From Podarcis bocagei (lineage: Eukaryota): DNA of 64,000 nt. This document shows, piece after piece, positions 1 to 51,397 of this stretch. A program made the translations under genes and the position numbers. The stretch lies in the NCBI GenBank assembly GCA_964188305.1, contig OZ076895.1; one strand, written 5' to 3'. The notes under the pieces were generated by a model, which saw nothing but the letters and a program-made list of their open reading frames with translations, was not told the DNA's origin and made no database searches. Positions within the stretch are counted from its first letter, which is position 1. Each line of letters begins with the position of its first letter.

Positions 1-1734
1 GTTTTGGGAATGGTGGAGAGGTTGGAGGCAGGGGTATCAAGGAACATACTCTTCTTACTGGACAATACAGAGGTGGAGGAGGAGGCAGAATGTAGCTGGG
101 TAAGATGTTGGAGGAGCCAGGCTGGTCAGAACATGGAGAGTGTGACACTTCCTTGAAGCTTCCAATGTCCCTTTCTCCTTGCTGTGGTGAAGATGGGCAA
201 ACTGTGTTACTTGGATTGTGAGGTCTGCAAAGGCCATGCAGAGCTACCACCTCTCTCTCTGGTGGCCTATATTGGCCTTTTTTAGCTTTCAGTGCTCCAT
301 TCTCTGGGAAGTAGGGGGGGGGGCTGGGCGGTGGGCGATGAAGGTGTCACACTGAAAAGCAGGCTGGAGCTGGGGAGGGGAGCACTGAAGAGGCTGTGTA
401 GAGCTGATTCCTGGGTTGTGTATAGCCTGTCTTAATTTCTCTACCACCCTTGTGGGGGATAGAATTGCAGGTATGCATGCAGTATTACTTATCTCACGTT
501 GCATTGTATGTGTGGCTTCAGTGCGTGCATGGAACCATGCTCTTAAATAGTGGAAAGCCAAGAGTGTAAGTCAGACCCCCAAACATTCTTAGACTGCTGT
601 TTCTGAATGGCTAGCTGTTGCCAGTAATCTTTGTAGCCAAGTGTTGCTCTGTAAAAAGTGGATTTTTAAAAATCTTCGTTCATCATCTTCATCTACTCTG
701 AGCAGCACAGGTGTGTAGCTCTTCACTTATTTCAAGCTAATTCTGATTGCTGACTAAAAAGAATGTCTTATGCACCTTATGGTCAAATTGTACATCCATA
801 GATATTGGCATTTTAAAAGTGATATAACATTGTATAGATCTTAATAGAACTGTAATGAACTTTTGCCAAAAAAATACTGGGAACAAAGAAGATTAGGAGA
901 AGTCAAAACATCTTACAGTGCTCCTCTTTGCTTGCTTCCATTATGAACTGTTCACATTAACTTTTAAACCATATCCAAACCAATTGGGAATCACATGGGC
1001 AGCATGTTGCGCTGCTCATCATATCAGCATGCCAATAAGCAACAGTTGGTTTGGCTCTCAGATCTAATAGATTCCAATAGTGAACTAGTTCACACAATAC
1101 ATTAAACTAGAGTTTATTTTAAAGTATGTTTTAATGAGTATAGGCAGTATAGTCGTCTACTGCTGTAACAGTCATGTCAATGAATTAGAGCGAGGGCAGA
1201 AACATCGGCCTCCCTCTGCAGAGGCTTCCTGACACTGGCACATAATGAGAATTGACTAACCTAATGAATTCAAATGTGAGGTGAATTCTACTTAGACTCC
1301 CTTGAATGGGTAAACATTTTTGCCTCTCTTACAGCGTTCGAAATTAGCCAGGCACCATGCTCATTTTGCACCTGGCTATCAGACACTTGCAACTAAATGA
1401 AGATGCCTGGGTGCCAGGATGGCACCTGACATCTCCGCCACTGACAGCAGCATTGTTGGTTTTTTGCTGCCATGCTATGGCATGAGTCAGATTTTAGCTG
1501 GAGCTGACAGTATACAAAATTCATTTTCGGCTTTGTAATCATGGTTTTTTTTGTTTTTTTTTAAAGTGCTTCAACATTCCATTAGTGTGCCTGTAACCTA
1601 GGTTTAAGGGCCATATGACGAATAGCTTTAATATCTCTGTTTCTAACACTGCTCTTCATAGAACTGGTCAGTTACCTCAATGAGAGAGGGGTAGGCACAT
1701 GCAGGAGTAGGGGAGGAACAAATTATTGTTACTA

Positions 1735-1862
1735 TTATTTATTAAGTTTATATACTACCCTTTATCCGAGGATCACAGCATGGTTTACAATACAAAAATA
1801 CATAACATAGTAACAAGCAAAAACAATAACCCACACCCATTCACAGTTTAAAAGGCCATAGG
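1735..1862 (-). mobile_element. Degraded L2-type LINE 3' tail fragment
   Basis: tttattaagtttatatactaccc...ggtttacaat resembles the antisense of squamate L2 3' ends; a related fragment lies at about 24697-24810. Confidence 0.4.
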
Positions 1863-3188
1863 GACTATAGAGTGGGCAGGAGCACACTTCTCATAGTTTA
1901 AAATAAACTATAGTGTAATGTTATGTACAAATTGGGCCAGTGTAAACTTGTACACCATAATCCATATAGCATTGGCAAAGAGCACTTTAAAAGCTTCACT
2001 GTATGGATATAGATCATGCTAATTAGGTATGTTGTATTACTCTTTATTACTGTAATAGAGAGTAAGTTTATTAGTTGTGATTGAAATCCAATTGGTATTG
2101 GGTACACCAATTAAATTGAAGAGAGTGAAGCTATCTGTGAGTGCCACAATCCTACCACCTGTATAGGGAAGTTCCATTCATGACAGTGGGGTTTTACTGT
2201 GAATCGCCATAATACCTATACATGTGAAGAGTCAAAGTTCTGGAATTTACAGCATTGCTAAAGGGTAATTCAATTGTAGTATTATGTTGTAGTCAGTTTG
2301 GGAAGGATGAAGCATGGTTCATGTGGATCAGTAATGCAGAGGAAAGCTCATTTCAGTTATAAGTGTAACTTTTGTTCAAACTGGAGTTAGCCTTTGCCTA
2401 TGGTGCCCAGTTAGTTTCAAGCTGTGAAGCTCCAGTATACTTGAAAACAGGCCGAAAGTGAAGAAATCCCTTTACTACTGTATTTGGGTGAAGCTGACAT
2501 GAAAACTGAATTTCTCCCATGGATGGTACAATGTTAGTTGTGCTGAACTCTCATACCTTGACCCCTTGTTAAAAGAGAAAAACAATAATTATTCCTTCCC
2601 AGTTAATGAAGCAAGCCTGAAGATCCTTAAAACCAAATCAAGTCAAGCTCTCTGAAGTTGAATGAAAAGCAATATGGAATAATGCTTGCATTGCCACTTC
2701 CAAAGATCAGCCTCAGAAGTGGCATTGCAAGGTGGTTACTAAGCAGAATAGGACATATATTTCTAATTATCAACCTCAGCAATATTAGTTTGCTGTGTTG
2801 CATTGGTAGTGGCTACAATAACTATGTCTCCTGTGCTTGATCCGTCCTTTGCATTGCTCCATATTTAGGGATGGTATGTTTATGTGTTGGCTGCTGGAGG
2901 TTAGAAAATATTGATTCATGAAATCATTCCTCATACTCATTATATTAGTAGGCTGTGTTGTATGGCTGCTTTCTTTAGGGACTATATGAGCATTAATTTG
3001 CCTTGTGGAACTTTGCTTGTGAATGGATTTTCTTCAAAGGAATAAGAGCTTTCTCTGAGAGAGAGGTTTTATTAAGTTATCTTAAAGTAATTCATATAGC
3101 TGCTGCTTCTACAGGTTTAAGCAAACTTTCAAAAGACATGAATAACTTCTTTGTGTTTTGCTGACTTCTAGAGAACTGTCAGGGTTAG

Positions 3189-42393
<39,205 letters not shown>

Positions 42394-43463
42394 GACACAC
42401 TGTAGCATTTTGGGAGCAAAAAAAACTTATTTTCTCAAGACTTTTTGTACTGAAGACAATTTTTTTTGAATCTTTCTTAGCAGAACATTTTTCCCTGGAA
42501 TACATCTGAACTCTGCAGCAGTAGTTTGTGGTTTTAAAAATGAGAAACCAACAAAATGAACCTGAGGGACAATAGAATACAAAGAAAATATATTTTTGTT
42601 ATGGCTGGGGTCATAACCAGTCCTTTTACTTGTTTTTGTTTTCCCTTCGCGTGCGTTGGGGAGGTGCTTGGGAGGGGATAGTTATTTGGCTGCTGACCAA
42701 ATGGCTTCCTTCTCTAGCCTCCAATAGGTTTTATTTTTTTTTTAAATTAATGAAAATATGTAATATTGATAGTTATAATTTACTGAGGCAGATGGTTAAC
42801 TTTTTTCCCTATTCTGGTTTTTCTCATGCCTACTGCAAAAAAGAAAAAAAGAAAAACAGAAAAAACAGAACATTTCCTAAAACTGGAGGACAAAAAGGGT
42901 GAATGTTGCTTTAAAATACAGTGCATATATATAAATATATAAAAATATATATTAAAGATAAATACCAATTTTTCCTCTTTGGTTGGAAAGATGTCAATTC
43001 TTTTAAAAACTGTAAAAATTATTAAGTAACCCAGTCTCCCTCCTGAAGTCTACTTTTGTCCTCCAAGAATTTTCTATACCAGAGTCTGAGCTTAAACTTC
43101 AAGTATTAAAATTTGTACATGTAGAGAGAAGACAACTTTTTGCAAATACACGGGGCAGCTGCCAAATGGATGTAGTATATATATTGTGGTTTTGTTTTCT
43201 TGAAAGAATTTTTTTCGTTATTTTTACATCTAACAAAGGAAAAAATAAAGAGGGTAAGAAACTATTCCAAGGGTATAATTTTAACCTGAGAGTAAATCCC
43301 TGGGGTTTCTTCTTTATGCTTGCTTTCTCTATCCCTCCCCTCCTATTTCCTCCTCTTCCATTTTCTGTAAAACTTGAAAATAGAAAGCAAAAAACCCTCA
43401 AATGTTGTAAATCATGCAATTAAAGTTGATTACTTATAAATATGAACTTTCGATCACTGTATA

Positions 43464-43471
43464 GACTGTTA
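43464..43471 (+). promoter_or_regulatory. miR-132/212 8mer seed-match site
   Basis: GACTGTTA is complementary to the miR-132 5' end UAACAGUC; p300 is an established miR-132 target in mammals. Confidence 0.65.
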
Positions 43472-43496
43472 ATTGATTTCTTATTACCTATTGTTA

Positions 43497-43502
43497 AATA
43501 AA
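43497..43502 (+). terminator. EP300 polyadenylation signal AATAAA
   Basis: Canonical hexamer with a downstream T-rich element (about 43521-43550). Confidence 0.8.
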
Positions 43503-45804
43503 CTGTGTGAGACAGACTGATTTTTTTATGCTTCCCTTCTTCTTTTCCCCTTCAATTGGTGCTTATTTTAAACTGGGGAAAGAAGATGGTATGCTTTTGC
43601 AAAACAAAAAACTACGGCGATCAATTTGATGTATAGTAACATACCATTATGTGTGTTTTTGAAACATGCGTATTTTGGGCTGTAATGAAGATGATCAATG
43701 TCCATTTTGCTGTGACACTATATTCGCTTCTACTTGTGCTATGGAAACTTTTCTTCATATCTAGGTGGGATGCTGTCTGCATATTTGACCTGGACAGCAC
43801 TTGATCCTCAAAAGAGCCTCCAGAGTCCAGAATACTGCCCAGGGTTTGACTATCGGAACAGAAGTCTCAAGACACCATTCCACAATTCAGTGGGTTGGCA
43901 TGCAAGGCGACCTGAGGAATTTGTGGTGATTGCAGGCAAATTATAAGCATGGCAGTCTGCTCTGACACCAGCAGTTCTAATTTAATTAGATGAGTGCTGT
44001 GAAGACTGAGCCTCCCTCTATAAATGAGTGCCATCCAGGGGCAGCAATTTGGTGGTCCGATTTTGGTCATGCCCACAAGCTTAGATGGAGAAATAGTTAT
44101 CTACACATACAGTGTTTTGTGTAGTTAACATTTAACTACTGTAGATGCATCTTTGTTTCTGCTGAAGCGGATGGTCCTGAGAGTTTGAGGAAGGTTTTGC
44201 ATTATTAAGTACTATAGAATTCCTGTCAGTTTGGTGCTTATCTGAGCTACTACATACAAGGTCTTCTAAATATTTCTCCGCCTGTTATAGCCCTTTCTGG
44301 ATTGGCTTAGTTTCAAAGTCAGGCTCTAGCCTTAGCCCTGACAAACTCTATTTTAGAACAGTAGATAAACAGGGCAATGCAGGTTGGATGGAAAGTACAG
44401 TGAAAGAAGTAAAATTTAATACATATTATCACAGATGATAAAACTCAGGATAATGTACAATTATTTGTGTTGCAAAAATACAATAAAAGTGGCTCATAGA
44501 AAATTGTTGTAGGTAATAACGTTGCCAGAGGCTTTAGTTTTGGGATGAACTCTGCATCTACAGTCCTATGAGTATTTAGAGTGTTTCCTGTCTGGGTGAA
44601 GGTGCAAAGTTGCAATGCGCTCAGTATGATAAATTTGAAATTGTAGTTCTTCAGTAGATTTTGGAGATACAAAATTCCATTTTTAAATTGCAATTGTTGA
44701 TGACACATCACCAGCTACAGCTTTTATTTTAATCTATGAATTTTCATAATCACTGCGTTTTTGTACTGTCACTCTATGCATCATTCTTTGTCTCCTTGTT
44801 AGGTTGTTTTAAATTTATTAGCTTAAATCCTTTTCCCACAAGCATGCTCACACACATACATATATCGCACACATACATGTAAAATGAAATTGCTTTCCAG
44901 TTCTTGAGCCAAATGCTCATTCAAAACTGATGAATTAGAACTAACACTCACTTACAGCATTTATAACAGATGCTTGCAAACAAAATATTAAGTATAATGA
45001 AATCCAGCCAGGATTTTATAAAAACAGTGAGCAGATTTCTGCATAAGAATTGAAGCGCAGAGTAAAATGACAGAGAAACACAGTGTCCCTAAAGCCATAT
45101 AGCAGCTCCACAGTTCAGTGAATTGAAAAAGATCCCTCTTAATTTTAGGATAGAAATTACATCAAGTTTCTATAGACTGACTTGCCTCATCCTTTCTTTT
45201 AAAAAAAGGGGGTGAGTTAATCTGACATTCAGTGCATTCTTCGGTAGCGAACTTGCAGTGCCTTTACAGGAAATAAGAGCTTACAGCTCTGCAAATCAGT
45301 GGAGGTGTACTGCCATTAAAAGATACTTTGGGTCTAAATCTTATTAAAACAGAAAATTACATATCTATCTGGTATGCAGATGGGTCTAGCTTTCACAACA
45401 TGCAGCTTGTCATGTTTTATTTGTAATCTGCAATGATAAACACTATCCCAGAATTTAAATTGTTGTGTACTGTAGTTAGGCAGAATGAGGTTACTATCTC
45501 TTAGGCAGAAAAGGGTGAAGAAGTAGGAAGGTGATTACTAAATGTGAAGTTCTTTCTTGGGGGGAAACCTAAGCAAAGCCAGAAGCCCACTCCCTGTCTC
45601 CAGTGTGCACCTCTGACTGACTTCAGCTCTCTTCTTGCCATGCAGAAATATAAAGTTCATTTTCCTTCTCTTCTGCAATAATGTCAGGAATGCAACTTCC
45701 CTACCTCAGAAATGCATATGCTTCCACCATAGACATCATCTTGGTCTACAAGCCATTTGACCATACCAAGACTGTTCTTTTCTAATTTTATTTACTTCAA
45801 CTAT

Positions 45805-45893
45805 TAGCCCCCACAAGTATGGCCAATGGGCAGGGATGATGGGAGCTGTAGTTTAGCAACAGCTGGAGGGCCAGAAGGTCCTTTCACCTAGGC
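45805..45893. mobile_element. Half copy of the hAT palindromic MITE family
   Basis: cagggatgatgggagctgtagt..aacagctggagggcc resembles the right arm of 8563-8698; another degraded copy lies at about 50010-50125. Confidence 0.6.
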
Positions 45894-46549
45894 TGCAAGC
45901 TTGGAAATCTTGAAATTATTCTGCAACGCCTCATCCATGACAGCAACACTCAGAGAAGCCATCATTAAAAAGAAAAAAGGCAAACCTACATTGGAGATTG
46001 AACTATAGGTGGTTTCTGTAGCAATAACTTCAAATGTTAAAAATACATGAAACAGGCTTTTCCCTAACCATCCAGCCTGCCTTAATTCTCATGCTTTTGC
46101 TAGTTACCTTGAGCAAAACAACCACAGCTCCTAATCTTGAATTATCATTGTGTACAAGAATGCAAAATCCATAATAGGGATATCATAAATTCTCATATGT
46201 ATGAGAATTATTGTACACCTGGGCTGCAGAGCAGGAGTACCACCTCCACCTGGTTTTCAAGGACTCCTTCAACCTTAACTATACCTACTCATGTAGGAAT
46301 CTGTTTGACATGCAGAGCTGCCATTTTTTAACTTGTTGCAGTTTTCTTGTGATGGGGGGGTGTACATGTAACAAGAGGCATTCTTTGTATCAGGTTCTTA
46401 AAAGGTGAATGAGCAAGGGCAGTACAAAGATGGCAACAGTAGACAATCATGGTCATCACTTCAAAAGTTACCTCTAATTGTTGGTACAAAAAAAATCCGA
46501 ATGCACTCATTCCTCCTGATAATAGAAGCTTGACATGCAGGAAATAACA

Positions 46550-46697
46550 CAGGAACCTAGGAAGGTGCCTTAAACAGGGTCAGACCATTGTAGCATGAGT
46601 TCCAGGTGGGATCCTCTCCCAGCCCTATCAGTAGATGTTGGGGATTGAAACTGCCTGCGTACAAAATGAATGCTCCAATTGAGCTCTGATTCTTCCT
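46550..46697 (-). mobile_element. Degraded tRNA-derived squamate SINE
   Basis: Minus strand agctcaattggagcatt (A-box-like) ... gtttcaatccccaacatct (B-box-like) ... agggctgggagag. Confidence 0.45.
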
Positions 46698-48625
46698 AAA
46701 GAGCACAAGACAGGGCAGGTTTTTTTCTTTCACTGGGTCTGTTGATGATTGTAGGACTACAAAGTTATGACTGACCTGCTCAAGCTATGATACAATTGAG
46801 ATACTTGGAGACAAAAGAGAGAATAGGATAAACAAACAAACAAAAAAACCAATGCTTACTGGCCCTTAGGGGGGGAAATACCCTAATTTGGATTTAGGAA
46901 TAACAGAGTACAAAACTGTGAAACTCACATTTTACAAGCTTTCCATTATATGCTCACTTATTTAAAAGTTAACCCTACTAATTGCATTGGGATCATTAAA
47001 CATAACAGGGTGATTACATGTTACTTTCAGTGAGTGTATAATCTCTGTAAATAGCTGGGCGGCATGAATCAACGCAAACACTTGTACCTGTGTAGACAGA
47101 CAACTTGTACCTGTGTTTAGAGTACTATGAATAACCTTAATGGGATCAAGTTTCAAAGGCATTCATTTATTGCAAACTTGCATTATAGCCAATGAGACCA
47201 CTTAGCTGAAGAATCAGCTGTGTTTTGAACTTTAATGCTGCTTGGCAGAGCAATACTATGCATGTCTTCTCAGTCATAAACTAAATGGGACTGGCAGGGA
47301 AGTATATATATGATTGTAGTCTTCGTGGATTACCTTGGAACTAATGGGGATTAAAACAAGGCAAGTAATGTGTAGCCAGAAATATATCATTTGGTTACGG
47401 TAATTTATATCCATGCATTTTGCATAATTTAAGCTGCAATCCCATACACATTTATTTACCTGCAACTGAACTTGGTGAGGCTTCTAAATTGACAAATTTA
47501 GGATTGTACTATTCTCACTGTTGCAGCTAGTAAAGTGGAGGGCCTGTCATTTTTAATTTCATTTCATTTTCCCAAATCGGAACTGAAATAGTATTAACAA
47601 ATGAAAATGTCCCTTTAAACTTGAATTGAGTGCCTCAGCCTCCCTCCTGTGAAAGGAACTGTTTTGTACCCCTCATTAGATGGGAGTGGAAGGGCACAAA
47701 CAGCTTTCAGACAAAGGTGAGTTCCAGCATCTTTTATTTAGAAATTAATTATGGAATAATTAAATTAAGGCACATTTATTGGAACACACCCATTCAGTGC
47801 CAAAAATCAAAACCTTACATGCCAGGAAACACACTTCTCAAAACCAAGGATTGCATTCAGCTTGGTTCTATTCAGAGCAGACTCGCTGAAATTGGTTAAT
47901 ATTGTTAATGTAGGTGCATTGATTTTAATGTCTTAAGTAGAAGCTGGAAACAACCTCAAGTCCCTTTCCTCCTCTAAAACCCAAAAAGCTAATTATTTTA
48001 GCTCTATAGACAAAATATAGGAGTTTAAGAGAAAGTCCACCACATCTTAGCAGTGGAACCTATTTTCAACTCAATGGCTCAACCTCAGATATTTGAAAGG
48101 AAAAAAACAAAAAGTTAGACCATATGCACCACAAAATAATTACAACCATCCTCCACATATCTAAAATTAGGAATAATGTCTTCCAGATTTTGACACATCA
48201 GTCGATGTGACAGGCAAACCATTTTGAGACCCCACATTACATATTTTAGAAATCCACTGACAAAATGGACCCTAAAACAGGATCACAGGCATTGCTAAGC
48301 AAGCTAAAAAGTCTACCTTGCTTGCCATCACTGCAAAAAATAGTTTGTTGAATCACTCCCTACTTGTATTTCCCAACCAGTGGGTCAGAAAACCTGTGGC
48401 ATCTACACATCAGAGGCAAATTGTAATACTCACTCAAAACAACAACTTGTATGAGCACCTTATGGTGAACCATCATCAGATCTACCCCCAGAGTTGACTA
48501 ATAGTTTAGCCAAAGGTATTTGAGTTTGCTTAGCCAACATTTGTCCACAAATTGTCTGCTGAAGAATCAGAAGTGTGAATGTGTGTGAAACACATTTGCA
48601 ACTGATATCACAAAGTTGTATTTAG

Positions 48626-48806
48626 CTGTGTAAATACTATACATTTAAGGCACATTTAAAGCACACACACTACCCCAAAGAATAATAGAAACTAGTTTTC
48701 TCCTCACAGAGCTATAATTCCCAGCAACCTTAACAAACTACAGTTACCGGGATTCTTTTTGTGAACATGCTTTAAATGTGCTTTAAAATTCTATGGTGTT
48801 TGCAGA
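48626..48806. mobile_element. Old hairpin MITE
   Basis: Inverted arms cacatttaaagca / tgctttaaatgtg. Confidence 0.5.
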
Positions 48807-48917
48807 CACTGCAAAAAGGATAACTTCTTGAACTGTCATATGATAGGACACTCAACAATATTTTTTGGGAACTGAAATTAACTGGATGTTGGCTTCATAT
48901 CACCAAATTACTCACTA

Positions 48918-49143
48918 CAGTGGTACCTCGGGTTAAGTACTTAATTCGTTCCGGAGGTCCGTACTTAACCTGAAACTGTTCTTAACCTGAAGCACCACTT
49001 TAGCTAATGGGGCCTCCTGCTGCTGCTGCACCGCCGGAGCCCGATTTCTGTTCTCATCCTGAAGCAAAGTTCTTAACCTGAAGCACTATTTCTGGGTTAG
49101 CGGAGTCTGTAACCTGAAGCGTATGTAACCCGAGGTACCACTG
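48918..49143. mobile_element. Tc1/mariner (Tigger/pogo-like) MITE, 226 bp
   Basis: TA TSD on both sides; TIR CAGTGGTACCTCGGGTTA / TAACCCGAGGTACCACTG; internal TAACCTGAA repeats. Confidence 0.92.
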
Positions 49144-50484
49144 TACTGAGTATCCTGAGCTTGCTAATGAAGCAGTACCTTTGCTGCTGCAATTTGGTAG
49201 CCAATACCTTTGCTGGAGGTTTTCAGGCAATGACTGCTATGAAGATAAAATCTCAGGTCCCACACTGAGTACACATTGGCAAAACACAAGCTTTAGGGAT
49301 CCCACCAATACTTTCCAAAACAGACTTGACCATGAATGAAAACATGACAAACTGAAAATTGTTAATAGTTTCATCTAACACCACTTTGGTATATTTATAG
49401 AATACATTTTTATGGCTTATGAAGCAATATTCTGAAGTCATGACTGGTGTTCTTACATTCTCATAAAAAAAAACCTGATTGAATTTGTAAGTACTATAAA
49501 TAGTTAAAGAATTCCACATTAATGGGGGCATCAAGAACAATTTTTGCTTGGATGGTTATAAAGTCGGCAAAGCTTCACTTAAAATGCATAAAACTGATGG
49601 CTGCCAAAGAGCTAAGGTCCAAAATTCATGTGACAATAAATCACTGGGTCAGTAAATACAAAGTAAATTTGGACCTGTGGATCATACCAAAAAGGTTGAA
49701 AAGCACTACCCTACCTCAAGCAGTTTTCTGGAAAACTTAAGGAAGCTGGCAAGATACTACTCCTGCTTCCCCCTTCCTTCACATTAATTCCATTGCAAGC
49801 TGATGCTGTTCCCTCAAGACACAGTTTAAATAAGAAATTGTAATTATTTTTAAGGAGCATACATAGGTTAGAAATTTATCTCAGTACTTTTCATTCAAGA
49901 AAGAGTGAGAATTCAGCTGCTCAGACTACAAAAGAGAGTAGTATCCAAAAAGTACAAAGCCCTGTTATGCAATTCAAACACAGGCTGTTGGGAATGAGAG
50001 TCTGAATCAGCCAGAAGTTGGGAACCTTTGACTCTTCAGTTGATGTTGGACTCTGTCACCCATCATCCTTGATCATTAGCCATGGGAGTTGAAGTCTACA
50101 ACATCTGGAAGTCCTCAGGGTCCCATAATTGAAATAAATCAGGTGGTGACCGTGATTCTTGGCTGCCTTTTATCGAGAATGGTGCTGGATAACAAGTTTG
50201 TCCTCATACAGTGAGATCTACTGAGCAAGCATTAGGTTGTTTTCTATCTGTGTTGTGGCAAGAAGCAAGCATTTCGCTATTTTTACAGGGGGAGGGAGGC
50301 GCTAACAGGCAACCATAGGCAGCTGCAATTCTAGGTGTAACGCTTTAACTGAGAGAAAACACCCCAATTATGTGGGGGAGGGATGTCTGGCTATATTCCC
50401 AAAAATCGGAATTTGGGGGGGGGGGTGGAGAATGCAGCCTGAATCAGCTGCTGAATTTAGTTTAACTTGAGGTGTAGGCTACAA

Positions 50485-51104
50485 CAGTGCTTTTTTTCTA
50501 AATACCGTATTTTTCGCCCCATAAGACGCACTTTTTCCCCTCCAAAAATGAAGGGGAAATCGGGGTGCGTCTTATGGGGCGAATGCCTGCAAGCCTCGCG
50601 CGCCCGGCAGGAGGTCCCACCGGGTGCGCGAGGCTTGGGGCGGCAGCGGACTGCTTGCGCGCACCTAGAAGCTTGGGGCGCGCTGAGCTCAGCACGCCCC
50701 AAGCTCCTGGTGTAGCGCAGCGATCCGCTAGCCCTGGGAGAGCCCCGCGGCTCTCCCAGGGCTAGCGGACTGCTTGCCGGCACGCAGAAGCTTGGGGCGC
50801 GCTGAGCTCAGCACGCCCCAAGCTCCTGGTGTAGCGCAGCACACCTGGGGGGGAAATAAAATTTTTTCCCTTTATTTCCCCCCCAAAAATCTAGGTGCGT
50901 CTTATGGGCCGGTGCGTCTTATGGGGCGAAAAATACGGTAAACAAAAAAAAAGTTTAGGGGTTCTCTCATTTTGACTCAAGAAAAACACCATTTTATAGT
51001 TCAAATCATGAAAAATAAATACAGTAAATTGACAAAAGTACAAAGATTCACAAAATGTTTAGGGGGCATGCGTACCCCTGCATACCCCCAGAAAAAAAGC
51101 ACTG
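50485..51104. mobile_element. MITE (probably hAT) interrupted by a nested Tc2-like element
   Basis: Perfect 15-bp TIR CAGTGCTTTTTTTCT / AGAAAAAAAGCACTG; no clean TSD. Confidence 0.75.
50505..50938. mobile_element. Tc2/pogo-like non-autonomous DNA transposon, 434 bp; same family as 10693-11428
   Basis: TA TSD; perfect TIR CCGTATTTTTCGCCCCATAAGACGCAC / GTGCGTCTTATGGGGCGAAAAATACGG. Confidence 0.92.
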
Positions 51105-51397
51105 GGAAAGAAAGAATGATTAAGATGACATAATTGTCTTTCAGAGTTCCTCAAACGAAACATGTTATTTGTTTAAAAGATAAATAATAAATGAGACCAA
51201 AAAACATACCTTTAAAACACTTTTGATTCTGTAGTGCTCCACCCTTCTGTCAGTGAGCGGCTGACCCAGCCCGCTTTTAGGGTTCTATTTTTCTAAATAT
51301 TGTTTCTGTTTATGCAAACCTCCCAGTTTCCTCAGCCCTTATGTTAGGTCCTTATGTGAGGATAATGCCATTTTGTCTACATAAGGATTCACACTCA

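Larger units (their letters stand above)
42394..43520 (+). other. EP300: EP300 3' UTR
   Basis: AT-rich sequence after the stop codon ending ttgttAATAAActgtgtgagacagac, similar to the mammalian EP300 3' end as I recall it; U-rich tract downstream. Confidence 0.8.

Noticed and set aside
1-570. Minus-strand ORFs 55-237 (MAFADLT...) and 289-561 as a retroelement or gene
   Set aside because: AFADL resembles an RT motif, but the expected KAFD and downstream motifs are absent; no supportable assignment.
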